Part shown: piece after piece, positions 30,917 to 43,687 of the stretch
Numbering within the stretch: position 1 is the stretch's first letter
How the letters are laid out: every line of letters starts with the position of its first letter
From: Chthoniobacterales bacterium
GTDB lineage: Bacteria > Verrucomicrobiota > Verrucomicrobiia > Chthoniobacterales > Chthoniobacteraceae
NCBI GenBank assembly: GCA_038207335.1
Contig: JBBQZX010000004.1
Location: forward strand, 32,001 to 96,000
Length of the DNA: 64,000 nt
Direction of reading: 5' to 3'
The notes under the pieces: generated by a model
What the model was told of the DNA's origin: nothing
The model's input: only the letters and a program-made list of their open reading frames with translations
Databases searched by the model: none
Made by a program: the position numbers and the translations under genes

Positions 30917-33601
30917 CTATTTCCCGGTGCCCGCCGCCTGCTGGGCGTCGTATTCTTTCCAGACCTCCGCCACAGGGCGGTAGGGACCCGCGTCATAGGC
31001 GATGTATTTCAGCGACGGATGGGCGCGCAAGGGTTCGAGAAGCTTGCCGAGTTTTGAGATGCGGAGACGTTCCAGCGTGGGAAGTTCGAGGAGAGCGTCG
31101 AGGTCTTTGAGATGTTTATTCTGATCGATCGAAAGCTCTTCGATTGGTGCCCCACGCAGAGGCGAAAGATCGGTCACATTGTTGTCCGTAACGCGGAGTT
31201 TCTTCAGCGGTTTTCCCTTCAGCGCCGAAAGATCGCTGATCGCATTGTGCTCAACGAACAACTCTTCGACGGGCGCGCCAGCGAGGAAATTGAGATTACT
31301 GGTCGCATTCCAGCTCATCGTCACCGCCCTTAAGGGCGCGCCCAGTAGCGGTGAAAAATCGACGAGTCGTTGCCCGGAACATTCCAGCCTTTCCAAGGGT
31401 GCTCCGCGCAAGGGCGTCAAATCAGTGACTCTCGTTGAATCAATCCCGATGAACCGCAATGGCATTCCGCGAATGGGCGACAGGTCGGCTACTTTCGTTT
31501 GCCGGATCATGAGGAAAACGAGCCGCATATCGCGCAGCGGCTCGATGGTCGTGATGTTCGTTTCGCTAGTGTCGAGTTCGTCGATCGGTAGCCCACGCAG
31601 AGGTTCGAGCGTATCGATGGGAAGTTTATAAATCTGCAGGCGCAGCAAGCCAAGATTGGTAATAACAATCGTCCCTTTCTCTTTTCCGAGCCATTCGTCC
31701 AGTCTCTTGCGCACGAGTTTTTCTTTGTCTTTGGCGCTGAGCTTTAGCTTGTCGGCGAGAGCAGCGATTTCGCCAGAAGCTTCTACTTTCCCAAGATGAT
31801 GGAGCAACTGCTGCGAGCTCTCTGCGGGCCAGACGTCTATTGCGGGTTGAGCGGCAAGTTTTTCGAGGGTTGGCAATATGTCTGCCAGCTCGGCATGGGC
31901 CGGGTCGTTCTGCTGCGCGAGGCAGGTCGCTGTGGCGGCCTCGGCGAGACGATTCATGCCGATGAAGAGCCAGGCACGGCGCCAATAGCTGGGGAGGTGC
32001 GCGGGATCGAGAGCGAGGGCGGCGTCAAGTTTTTCGAGCGCGGAGTCGAAGTGCTGGAATCTCGCTTCGCTCTCCGCGAGCTGGCGCAGGGCGGGTGCGG
32101 TCTTTTTCAAATCAGCAAGCGCCTGCGTGGCGCGGTGGCCTTGGATGACTGCGGTGCTGCCAAAGACGAGGCCGACGAGGAGGACGGCGGCGGCTCCGAT
32201 GGAGGCGGCTTTATTGCGCTTGATGGCGAGGAGGGCGCGCTGGCTCCAGCCCGCTCTCTCGCCGCTGGTGGCGAAGCCGTTTTGATAGGCGGTGAGGTCG
32301 GCTTGCAGGGCGGCGACGCTGGGGTAGCGGGCGGCGGGGTCGGGGGCCAAGGATTTTCGCACGATGGCGTCGAGGGAGGCGGGGACGACACCTCCGGGGA
32401 GGTGTTTGGGGCGCTCGGCTTTGGGCTGCGCGGCGACGCGGGCGGCGGGCGGGGTGAAGTCGCCGTCGATGATGGCGTCGGTGAGCTGGGAGCTGGTCTT
32501 GCCGGTGAAGGGACGGGCGAGGGTGAGGATTTCGTAGAGGATGATGCCGAGGGTGAAGAGGTCGCTGCGGGCGTCGAGGGTCTCGATCTCGCCGCGCGCC
32601 TGCTCGGGGCTCATGTAGGCGGCGGTGCCCATGACGGCGCCGGCGCGAGTGGAGAAGGCGTCGGTGCTTTCGTCCCGCCGCGCGCTGACGATGCTGACTT
32701 CGGGGTCGAAGGCGTCGCCTGCGGGCTGGCTGCGGCCGGTGCCGATGATTTTGGCGAGGCCCCAGTCCATGACCATGACTTCGCCGAATTTGCCGAGCAT
32801 GATATTCGCGGGCTTCAGGTCGCGGTGGAGGACGCCGCGGCTGTGGGCGAAGGCGAGGGCGTCGCCGATTTTCTGAAAAGCGGTGAGGAGGGTGCCGAGC
32901 GGATATTTGGCGACGGTGGCGGGGAGGCCCTGGCCGAGGAGGTCGATCACTTTTTTCAAGGTGATGCCAGCGACGAGCTTCATCGTGTAGAAAGGCTGGC
33001 CGTGCTCGTCGAGGCCGAGGTCGTGGACGGGGACGATATTTGGGTGCTCGAGCTGGGCGGTGACCTGGGCCTCCTCGATGAAGCGCAGCGTGCTCTTGGT
33101 GTCGCTGGGGCCGAGCATGACCTTCATGGCGACAGTGCGGCGCGTGGCGCTTTCGCGGGCCTGCAGGACGGCACCCATGCCGCCGCGGGCGACTTCTTTT
33201 TCCACGGCGTAGAGCTGTGCCTCGCGCGGCCCGAGTGCGAGGTGGCCGCGGATGAGGTGGGTGCCGTCGATGGTGACGGTGACATTCTCGGCGGCGGCGG
33301 ATTCGGCAGCGCTGAGGTGCAGGGTGACGTCGCCGATGCGCAAGGTCTGTCCGGGTGCCCAAGGCGTGAGGACGGCAAGCGGCGTGTCGTCGAGAAGGGT
33401 GCCATTGGCGCTGGCGAGGTCTTCCACCTGCACGCCGCCGTCTGCGCCGACGAGGATGCGCGCATGCTGTCGCGAGACGGGGCCGACTTTGATGGAAATG
33501 CTGGAGGACGAGGCGCGACCGAGGGTGTATTCGCCAGGCCCGAGCGTGTGGCGCGAGAGCTCGGTGCCGGCGTGGAGGACGATGATTTCGGGCTGAGGCA
33601 T
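30917..33601 (-). CDS. FHA-Ser/Thr kinase-TM-TPR-LRR receptor-like kinase
   Basis: FHA ('LGRAS...VSRQHARI...DLASANGT'), Hanks kinase (ARGGMG, VAMK, HRDLKPAN, DWG, GTAAYMSPEQ), TM 'AASIGAAAVLLVGLVFG', TPR, about 10 LRRs 'LSPLRGAPLE.L'. Confidence 0.92.
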   Translation of the reverse strand: MPQPEIIVLHAGTELSRHTLGPGEYTLGRASSSSISIKVGPVSRQHARILVGADGGVQVEDLASANGTLLDDTPLAVLTPWAPGQTLRIGDVTLHLSAAESAAAENVTVTIDGTHLIRGHLALGPREAQLYAVEKEVARGGMGAVLQARESATRRTVAMKVMLGPSDTKSTLRFIEEAQVTAQLEHPNIVPVHDLGLDEHGQPFYTMKLVAGITLKKVIDLLGQGLPATVAKYPLGTLLTAFQKIGDALAFAHSRGVLHRDLKPANIMLGKFGEVMVMDWGLAKIIGTGRSQPAGDAFDPEVSIVSARRDESTDAFSTRAGAVMGTAAYMSPEQARGEIETLDARSDLFTLGIILYEILTLARPFTGKTSSQLTDAIIDGDFTPPAARVAAQPKAERPKHLPGGVVPASLDAIVRKSLAPDPAARYPSVAALQADLTAYQNGFATSGERAGWSQRALLAIKRNKAASIGAAAVLLVGLVFGSTAVIQGHRATQALADLKKTAPALRQLAESEARFQHFDSALEKLDAALALDPAHLPSYWRRAWLFIGMNRLAEAATATCLAQQNDPAHAELADILPTLEKLAAQPAIDVWPAESSQQLLHHLGKVEASGEIAALADKLKLSAKDKEKLVRKRLDEWLGKEKGTIVITNLGLLRLQIYKLPIDTLEPLRGLPIDELDTSETNITTIEPLRDMRLVFLMIRQTKVADLSPIRGMPLRFIGIDSTRVTDLTPLRGAPLERLECSGQRLVDFSPLLGAPLRAVTMSWNATSNLNFLAGAPVEELFVEHNAISDLSALKGKPLKKLRVTDNNVTDLSPLRGAPIEELSIDQNKHLKDLDALLELPTLERLRISKLGKLLEPLRAHPSLKYIAYDAGPYRPVAEVWKEYDAQQAAGTGK

Positions 33602-33663
33602 GGCGGGAAGGTTCAAAAATACTGCCCAGGAAGTCCGGCGTCCCGCCTGAACGGTCCGGGCGG

Positions 33664-35999
33664 CTATTTTCGTGCGTCGCGTTGCTTCCAGAAATCCGCG
33701 ACCGGCAGCGTCTGGCGCCCGCGCTGCGATGTGCCGAAAGTGAAGCTCTGGAGGCTTGGATGTTTTCGCAGCGCGTCGATGTTGCGGTATTCAGGCGGAA
33801 GGACGACCTCCTCGATGTTTGGGCAATCGAGGAGCGGGGCGAGGTCGGGATTGATCGTCCCGTCGAGGATGGCACGTTTGAAGGGCATTCCGCGCAGCGG
33901 CTCGAGGTCCGCGACTTTCGTGCCGATCGGCGCCGGGGTGTTGAGATCGCGCACGCCGAGCCCGAGCCACCCGAGCTTCATCCCAGCAATCGACGAGAGG
34001 TCGCTGACGGGGCAGCCATTGACGTTGAGATCGGTCAGCGCCATGCCGCGCAGCGGGGAGAGATCGGTGATGTCGGTGCGCGTAAGCGATAGCCGTCGCA
34101 GTGGCATCCCACGCAGCGGGGCGAGGTCGCGAATCTTCGTGTCGTCGAGGAGCAGGATGGAAATCGGCAGGCCGGAGAGCGAGGTAAGATCGCTGATCGG
34201 CTGGCCTTTGAGATCGACGGAGAAAGTTCCGTCTTCGAGATCGGCGACGTTGATCTTGAAACCTCCCGCCCGCCCCGTTTCCTCGATCTTTTGCCTGAGG
34301 CTTGCCAAGACCGCGCGCTGCTGAACTCCGGCCGCTGAATTCCATTCCGTCCAGAATTCTGCGACGGTCTGTGCAGGGCCCTCGCGGCTGTTGTCCCAGC
34401 GAAAGGAAAGTTCCTTGAGCGCCGCGTGTTTTTGCAGAAGCGGGATGTTCGTTGCGCGGGTCGGAACGGTGGCGCGCTCGAGTTCGAGACATTCCATTAG
34501 CGGCGCGATGTCCAACACGTCGAGATTGTCGGCGGAGAGAAAACGCAGCGGCATGCCGCGCAGTGGCGCGAGATCACGGACATGCGAGCGCCCGAGATCC
34601 AGATGAACGAGCGGAAGTCCGCTCAAGGGACGAAGATCTTCGACCTGCGTGCCGGAGATGGCGAGCAAGGCGAGTTCGCTGCACTCGGCCAGCGGCGCGA
34701 CGTCGCGGATAGCTGTCCAACGTAAACTGAGCCGGGTGAGGGGCATCCTGCGCAGCGGCTCGAGGTCGGCGACTTTGGTCGACTCGAGATTGAGATCGCG
34801 CAGCGGCATCCCGCGGAGCGGCGTCAAGTCGGCGACTGGAAGGTGCTGCAGGTCGAGATCCTCGAGCGGCATGCCTGCGAGTAAGCTGAGATCGAAGGAC
34901 GCGTTGCTCCCCGCGACCGAAAGTTTTTTCAGCGCGAAGTTTTTCAGAATGCTGAAATCTCGCGCGCGGACGTTGCGCAGCGAGAGATCCTCGAGCGGCA
35001 GGCCGGCGAGCGGCGCGAGGTCGGTGACGGGCGTGTCGTCGAGGATCAGCGAGCGGAGCGGGAGGCCGGCGAGCGGGCGCAGATCGGCGATTTTCGTTCT
35101 GGAAAGGTTCAGCGACTTTACAGGAAGACCCGCGAGCGGCGGCAGCACCGTGAGGTTGCTCTCGCTGAAATCGAGAGAGAGGCCTCCATCCGCATCGGCT
35201 TTCGCGTGGTCGATCTGGAAGCGGGTGAGACCGGCGCGCTTGAGCTGCGCGCGCCACGAGGTAGATGCATCGTCGGCCAGCGCCTCCGCGGAGCGCGTGT
35301 ATTTCCCCACGCCGGCGATGAAGCTCATTTTCGGCGGCCCACGGAAGCCGGTCTGACGAACGTGGATCGCCTTCGCGAGCGGCAGGCGCGTGCCGGGAAA
35401 AAATTCGCGGTCGTCATAATCCAGCGCGAACCCGATCTCGTTTGCGCCGCCGAACCAGCCGCGCATCTCCAAGATCGTCGAGCGCCGCCGGTCGATGGTG
35501 AACCGGCAACTGCGCAGGTTTTTCGACATGAAGCGCTCGCCGATTTCGTCGAACTCGACCACCGCGATGTCGTCGTCCCATTGCAGGACGTCAGCGCTCG
35601 CGCTCGGATCGATCGACTTGATGAACGCGCCGAAAAGCGTCCAGCCGACTTCGCGAAAAGCCGTCACCGCGTCGATGCTTTCGGCTTCCTTTTTCGCGCG
35701 CTCTTCGGCCTTGCTGCGCAGGATGTCGGGCAGGTCGGGAAAGGAAAAGAGCAGCGTGTTCACCAGCCCGCTGCGCTGTATATGTATTTCCGGCGGTCCG
35801 AGGAGGCCACCGGTCTTTGCCTGGATGAGGCTCTCGACTTCCGGCACCCGGATCGGCACGTCGTAATCGACCGCATCGAGCGATTCGTAAAGCGCCGAAG
35901 CCGCGCGGATCAACTCCCAGACTTCCTCTCGCGTCGGTTCGCTCTCCGCGCGGGCGGAGAGCGCGGACAGCGCCAGGAGCAGGCTGGCAAGGCGCGCCT

Positions 36000-36003
<4 letters not shown>
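33664..36003 (-). CDS. Secreted leucine-rich-repeat protein (internalin-like LRRs) with an unrelated N-terminal domain
   Basis: GTG start overlaps the upstream TGA; signal peptide 'MKARLASLLLALSALSARA'; two blocks of ~21-aa repeats 'LAPLRGMPLRxLxLxxTxVxD'. Confidence 0.85.
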
Positions 36004-38681
<2,678 letters not shown>

Positions 38682-38834
38682 TGCGGCGCAGACGCTAGGC
38701 CAACCCCCGATGCGTTGTCGAGTGGACGCCGGGCTTTTGCCGCTCGTCATTCATACGCGGTTTTCGCCGTAGCAGCAGTGCCCGGCTTTCCGCATCCTTT
38801 ACTCACTCCCCTGCCCTTCGTTACCCATCTCTAA

Positions 38835-39710
38835 ATGCGTCTCCCTATCATCTTCCTCGCCCTCACCGCCACAGCCGCTTTTGCCGCCGAGGAGTATCCA
38901 CTCGGCCCCGACTCCCAACCGCAGTCCGGCGTGCCGCACGGGGTGCTGAAACAGATGCCGCCCTTCACCGAAAGCAGCGTCTTCCCCGGCACCACTCACG
39001 ACTGGCAGCTCTACATCCCCGCGCAGTACGACGCCGGAAAGCCCGCGTGCGTCACCATCTTTTTCGACGGCGGCGGCTACGCGAAACCGGACGGCGCGAT
39101 CCGCGTCCCCGTGGTCTTCGACAACCTCATCGCAAAAAAAGAAATGCCCGTGACCATCGCGATTTTCATCAATCCCGGCGTCGTGAAAGCCGTCGAGCGC
39201 GAGGAGAAAGATCGCAGCAATCGGAGCTTTGAATACGACAGCCTCGGCGATGCGAACGCGCGCTTCGTGCTCGATGAAATCATCCCGCTCGTGGCGAAAG
39301 ACTACAACCTCACGAAGAACCCGGACGGATGGAGCACCGCCGGGCTCAGCAGCGGCGGCATCGCGGCGTTCACCGTCGCGTGGGAGCGACCCGAGCAGGT
39401 GCATAAAGTGATTAGTTGGATCGGCAGCTTCACGAATATCCGGGGCGGATACGTCTATCCCGCCGCGATCCGCCAGACCAAAGACAAGCCCAAGCCGATC
39501 CGCGTTTTCCTCCAGGACGGCTCGACCGACCTCGACAATCTCCACGGCAACTGGCCGCTCTCGAATCAAGACATGGCCGCCGCGCTGAAATTCGCGGGCT
39601 ACGATTACGACTTCAAATTTGGCGACGGCGGACACTCGCCAAAACAAGGCGCATCCTTGCTGCCCGACACATTGCGGTGGATGTGGCGGGATTGGCCGAA
39701 GGGTGAGTGA
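38835..39710 (+). CDS. Secreted enterochelin-esterase-like alpha/beta hydrolase
   Basis: Signal peptide; 'FDGGGY', 'RSFEYD', nucleophile 'GLSSGG', 'GDGGHS'. Confidence 0.85.
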   Translation: MRLPIIFLALTATAAFAAEEYPLGPDSQPQSGVPHGVLKQMPPFTESSVFPGTTHDWQLYIPAQYDAGKPACVTIFFDGGGYAKPDGAIRVPVVFDNLIAKKEMPVTIAIFINPGVVKAVEREEKDRSNRSFEYDSLGDANARFVLDEIIPLVAKDYNLTKNPDGWSTAGLSSGGIAAFTVAWERPEQVHKVISWIGSFTNIRGGYVYPAAIRQTKDKPKPIRVFLQDGSTDLDNLHGNWPLSNQDMAAALKFAGYDYDFKFGDGGHSPKQGASLLPDTLRWMWRDWPKGE

Positions 39711-39713
39711 ACG

Positions 39714-41246
39714 TCACTTTTTCGCCTCGCGCTCGATCGCGATCAGTCTGCTCATCGTCCCGACGTACACCACCCCATTCGCCACCGTCGCCGTCGCGCT
39801 GATCGGCTCCTTCAGCTCGATCGTGCTCAGCACGCGCTTCTCCTTGCTCGCCGCGAGGATCCAGAAATCCCCCTTCCGCGTGCCGACGAAAACCTTCCCA
39901 TCCGCGACCAGCGGCGACGCCCAAAACTCCCCCTTCATCTCCTGCGTCCAATACTCCGCGCCCGTCTCCGCATCGAGGCAGTGCAGCTTGCGCGCCGTGT
40001 CCGTGACGAAGACCAGCCCCTCCGAAACCGCAGGCGTGGACATCGTATGTTTCTCCAGCGGGCGCGACCACAGCTCGCTCGCCGAGTCCGCCGGTTTCGT
40101 GATGTCCACGCACTTCAGCCACGCCTCGTTTTTGCCCCACCACAGATCGCCCCCTCCCGCGACATACATCCGGTCGCCGAGCAGCACCGGCATTCCGTAG
40201 ATGTTGCTCGGCCCCTGCTGCCGGTTCTGCGTGAAGCGATGCACGTCCTCCTTCGGCGCGGTCGGGTCGATGTCGTACTGCCAGACTTTCTTGAGCTTCA
40301 GCACCTCGCCGGGCGGCGGCGCTTTCGTCAGCGGCTCAAATGCGCGCACCACGCCGTCGCCACCCGCAAAGTAAATCAGCTCGCGCCCATTCACCTTTCC
40401 GATCGCCGGAGAGGACCACGTCGCGTGGAAAATATTCGGCGCGATGTGCTCCTCGTCGCGCGCCACGAAGCGCCCCGTCGCCTTCTCGATCACGATGAGA
40501 CTCGGCGCATCCGGCGTGCGGATTTTGCGGTGCGAATCGTCCACGCCCGTGCCCGTGTTCACATAGAGAAAATCGCCGTGTACCAGCACCGAGCTGTGCG
40601 CGCCATCGTGCGGCCAGGTGCCCGCGCTCCGCGGCATGTCAAAGAGCCAGACGATGTCCGCATCCGTCGCCCCGGGTGCCGGCGCATCCGTCACAGCCAC
40701 CGGCTCGAAGCTCGGCGGCGGCGCGGCGTGCGGCGTGAGATGCGCGCCTTCATCCACAAAAGGCCCGTCGTTTCCATCCGCCATTCCCTTCACGTCGAGG
40801 CACACGACCTCGCCGCGATTATCCACCAGATACGCGCGCTCCCCCTCGACCGTCACCGGCGACGACATCCCCGTCTTCGGCCAGTCGAAATACTGATCCT
40901 CGTCCCGCTTCGGCACCACGAATTGCCACAGCAAATGCCCGTCCTTTTCATCGAGACAAAGCATCACCCCACGGTCACCCGTCTCCTTCAGATCGCGCGG
41001 TACCTCGTTATTCGTCCCGATAAAAACACGCCCGCCTGCCACGATCGGCGTCGAGTGCGACTGCGTCCCCAGCGGCGCGATCCACTTGATATTCCTCCCC
41101 GTCTCCGGGTCGAAAGAATCCGCCAGCCCCGTCTCCCCCGACACCATATTCCGCGACCACGCCGCGCCCCACTGCGGCTGATCCGCCGCGACCGCGAGCG
41201 CGGCTGAAGAAATCAAAACGAGCATGGGGAGAAAGCGGTGATTCAT
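39714..41246 (-). CDS. PQQ-binding-like beta-propeller protein
   Basis: Signal peptide, 'DQPQWG', 'NIKW...HSTPIVAGGRVFIGT', repeated 'SP.V.DG.V' and 'LDAETG..W' blades. Confidence 0.87.
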   Translation of the reverse strand: MNHRFLPMLVLISSAALAVAADQPQWGAAWSRNMVSGETGLADSFDPETGRNIKWIAPLGTQSHSTPIVAGGRVFIGTNNEVPRDLKETGDRGVMLCLDEKDGHLLWQFVVPKRDEDQYFDWPKTGMSSPVTVEGERAYLVDNRGEVVCLDVKGMADGNDGPFVDEGAHLTPHAAPPPSFEPVAVTDAPAPGATDADIVWLFDMPRSAGTWPHDGAHSSVLVHGDFLYVNTGTGVDDSHRKIRTPDAPSLIVIEKATGRFVARDEEHIAPNIFHATWSSPAIGKVNGRELIYFAGGDGVVRAFEPLTKAPPPGEVLKLKKVWQYDIDPTAPKEDVHRFTQNRQQGPSNIYGMPVLLGDRMYVAGGGDLWWGKNEAWLKCVDITKPADSASELWSRPLEKHTMSTPAVSEGLVFVTDTARKLHCLDAETGAEYWTQEMKGEFWASPLVADGKVFVGTRKGDFWILAASKEKRVLSTIELKEPISATATVANGVVYVGTMSRLIAIEREAKK

Positions 41247-41334
41247 GATGCGAGAGATACCGGACAACCCGCGCGCGGCCAATTGGCATCTCGCTGCGCT
41301 TGCCCCTTCGCCACGCGAGTGCTCTCCTCGCGCC

Positions 41335-42159
41335 ATGAAACACCTCTTTGCCAGCATCACCGCTGCAGCGCTCCTCAGCTCCCATCTCCTCGCCGCCGAC
41401 GCGTCGCCTGTGACGGGCGAACTCGAAAAGATCGTCCACGCGGTCCAGGCCAAAGCTCAGGCGGGCAAAAACGCCGAGGCCGATTACGCGGACGAGATCA
41501 AGCAATTCGACGCGCTGCTGGAGAAACACAAAGCCGAGAAGACCGACGCCACGGCCGAGATCCTCATGGCCGAGGCCGGCATGTATGCGCAGCTTTTCGA
41601 GGATCCTGAAAAAGCGAGTGCGCTTCTCCAGAAGCTCAAAAGCGACTATCCCGACACCACTCCCGGCAAGCGCGCCGACAGCCTCATCACCATGCTCGCG
41701 CAGCAGGCAGAGGCCACGAAAGTCCAGCGCGGACTCATGCCCGGCAAACCGTTCCCGGACTTCTCCGAGACCTCGCTCGACGGCAAGCCGCTCTCGCTCG
41801 CGTCCTACAAAGGCAAGGTCGTTCTCGTCGATTTCTGGGCGACATGGTGCGGCCCGTGCGTGGCCGAACTGCCCAATGTCCTCAAGGCCTACGAGAAATA
41901 TCACGACAAAGGATTCGAGATCGTCGGCATCAGCCTCGATCAGGAAAAAGACGCGCTGACCAAATTCACTGCCGACAAGAAAATGCCATGGCCGCAGTAT
42001 TTCGACGGGCAGGGCTGGAAGAACAAACTGGCTGGAAAATACGGGGTGAACAGCATTCCCGCGACCTACCTCCTCAATAAGGACGGCGTCATCATCGGGA
42101 AAAATTTCCGCGGTCCGGCGCTCGATGAGGCTCTCGAGAAGGCACTCGGCACGAAGTAG
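41335..42159 (+). CDS. TlpA-family thiol-disulfide oxidoreductase with N-terminal helical domain
   Basis: Signal peptide; 'GKVVLVDFWATWCGPCVAELP', 'YGVNSIPATYL'. Confidence 0.92.
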   Translation: MKHLFASITAAALLSSHLLAADASPVTGELEKIVHAVQAKAQAGKNAEADYADEIKQFDALLEKHKAEKTDATAEILMAEAGMYAQLFEDPEKASALLQKLKSDYPDTTPGKRADSLITMLAQQAEATKVQRGLMPGKPFPDFSETSLDGKPLSLASYKGKVVLVDFWATWCGPCVAELPNVLKAYEKYHDKGFEIVGISLDQEKDALTKFTADKKMPWPQYFDGQGWKNKLAGKYGVNSIPATYLLNKDGVIIGKNFRGPALDEALEKALGTK

Positions 42160-42199
42160 AGCGTGCTATCGGAGCGCGCTCGGATAGGCTCCGCCGTTC

Positions 42200-43504
42200 A
42201 TGCCATTTCGCACGCTGGGCCTCGGGCCCAATTTAATCAAAGCCGTCCAGGAATCCGGCTACACCGAACCGACGCCGATCCAGACCGAGGCCATTCCGCT
42301 CATCCTGCAGAATCACGACCTCATCGGAATCGCGCAGACCGGCACCGGAAAAACAGCGGCATTCGTGCTGCCGATCCTGACGAAAATCGGCGAGATGATC
42401 GCCACGCCCGGCAACCGTCGCTGCATCCGTGCGCTCGTCGTTGCGCCCACGCGCGAGCTCGTCGTGCAGATCGAGGAAAATGTGCGCGCCTACGCGAAAC
42501 ATGTACCGATCAAAGTCGCGACGGTTTTCGGCGGCGTCGGCGAACGGCCACAGATCGAGGCGCTACGCGCTGGCGTGGATATCGTAGTCGCCACGCCGGG
42601 CCGGCTGATCGATTTGATCCGTCATGCGCGCTTCGACGGGCTCGCATTTCTCGTCCTCGATGAAGCGGACCGGATGCTCGACATGGGCTTCCTCCCGCCG
42701 ATTCGTCAGATCGTGAAGGCGCTGCCCGTGAAGCGCCAGACGCTGCTCTTCTCCGCAACGCTCTCGAAAGAGATCGAAGGCCTCACGCACGAATTTTTGC
42801 GTTCGCCGAAAAAGGTGGAAATCGGCCGCCGCTCGAATCCCGCGGAGACCGTCGCGCAATTCGTGTACGAGGTGCCGAAGCACCTGAAGCCCGCGCTGCT
42901 CGCGCATCTGCTGCGCGATCCGAGCCTAGATACCGTCCTCGTTTTCACCCGTACGAAACACGGCGCCGACCGAGTCGCGCGAAAGCTCGAAAGCTGCAAA
43001 ATCACCACCGCCACGCTCCACTCGAATCGCTCGCAAAACCAGCGTCTGCGGGCATTGCGCGACTTCAAGTCTGGCGCGGTGCGCGTGCTCGTCGCAACCG
43101 ACATCGCCGCGCGCGGCATCGACGTGGACGGCATTTCTCACGTCGTAAATTACGACTTCCCCATGCACTGCGAAGACTACGTGCATCGCATCGGCCGCAC
43201 GGGCCGTGCGAAAGCCGTGGGCGACGCGATCAGCTTCGTGACTAGTGAAGATCACGCCTCGCTGCGCACGCTCGAGCGATTCATCGGTCGAGGCATCGTT
43301 CGAAAACGCGCGGATGATTTCGACTACGCGAGCGCCGCTCCGCCGATGGAGCCGCAAGGCGAACGCCGCCACATCCCAGGCCGGACCGGCGCAAACGACC
43401 GCAACCGCCCGCCGCGCGGAGGCGCGCCCCGCCCTGGTGGCGACCGGCGCGGTGGAGGGTCGGTCGGCCGAGGTGGCCGCAGCGGCGGCAGTGGTCGCCA
43501 CTGA
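42200..43504 (+). CDS. DEAD-box RNA helicase (RhlE-like)
   Basis: Q motif 'PTPIQ', 'AQTGTGKT', 'PTREL', 'DEAD', 'SAT', 'ARGIDV', 'HRIGRTGR'; RGG-rich tail. Confidence 0.95.
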   Translation: MPFRTLGLGPNLIKAVQESGYTEPTPIQTEAIPLILQNHDLIGIAQTGTGKTAAFVLPILTKIGEMIATPGNRRCIRALVVAPTRELVVQIEENVRAYAKHVPIKVATVFGGVGERPQIEALRAGVDIVVATPGRLIDLIRHARFDGLAFLVLDEADRMLDMGFLPPIRQIVKALPVKRQTLLFSATLSKEIEGLTHEFLRSPKKVEIGRRSNPAETVAQFVYEVPKHLKPALLAHLLRDPSLDTVLVFTRTKHGADRVARKLESCKITTATLHSNRSQNQRLRALRDFKSGAVRVLVATDIAARGIDVDGISHVVNYDFPMHCEDYVHRIGRTGRAKAVGDAISFVTSEDHASLRTLERFIGRGIVRKRADDFDYASAAPPMEPQGERRHIPGRTGANDRNRPPRGGAPRPGGDRRGGGSVGRGGRSGGSGRH

Positions 43505-43687
43505 TAGGCAGGAGAAGCCGCGGACGAGGAGCATTCTCTCGGTTGGAGAACTCCAACCGAGCGCCGTTTACGTGTCCGCCACACGTCAAACTTTGTGAGT
43601 CCCGGCGGTGTTTGGCCCATTCGGCCAGTGGCCGAACGCGGTACTTCGGTCGAGTGCTTCACGCAAACGCCCCGTCCGCCTCTCGTG

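Noticed and set aside
30587..31057. Plus-strand 156-aa ORF with heptad 'PSYAS' repeats
   Set aside because: The periodicity is a by-product of the DNA repeat and switches to 'YVG/CVG' where the repeat inverts. The ORF also runs antisense into the kinase 3' end. Not fully excluded.
31796..34324. 842-aa plus-strand ORF
   Set aside because: Antisense shadow of the kinase and LRR genes, typical of high-GC codon bias; no motifs.
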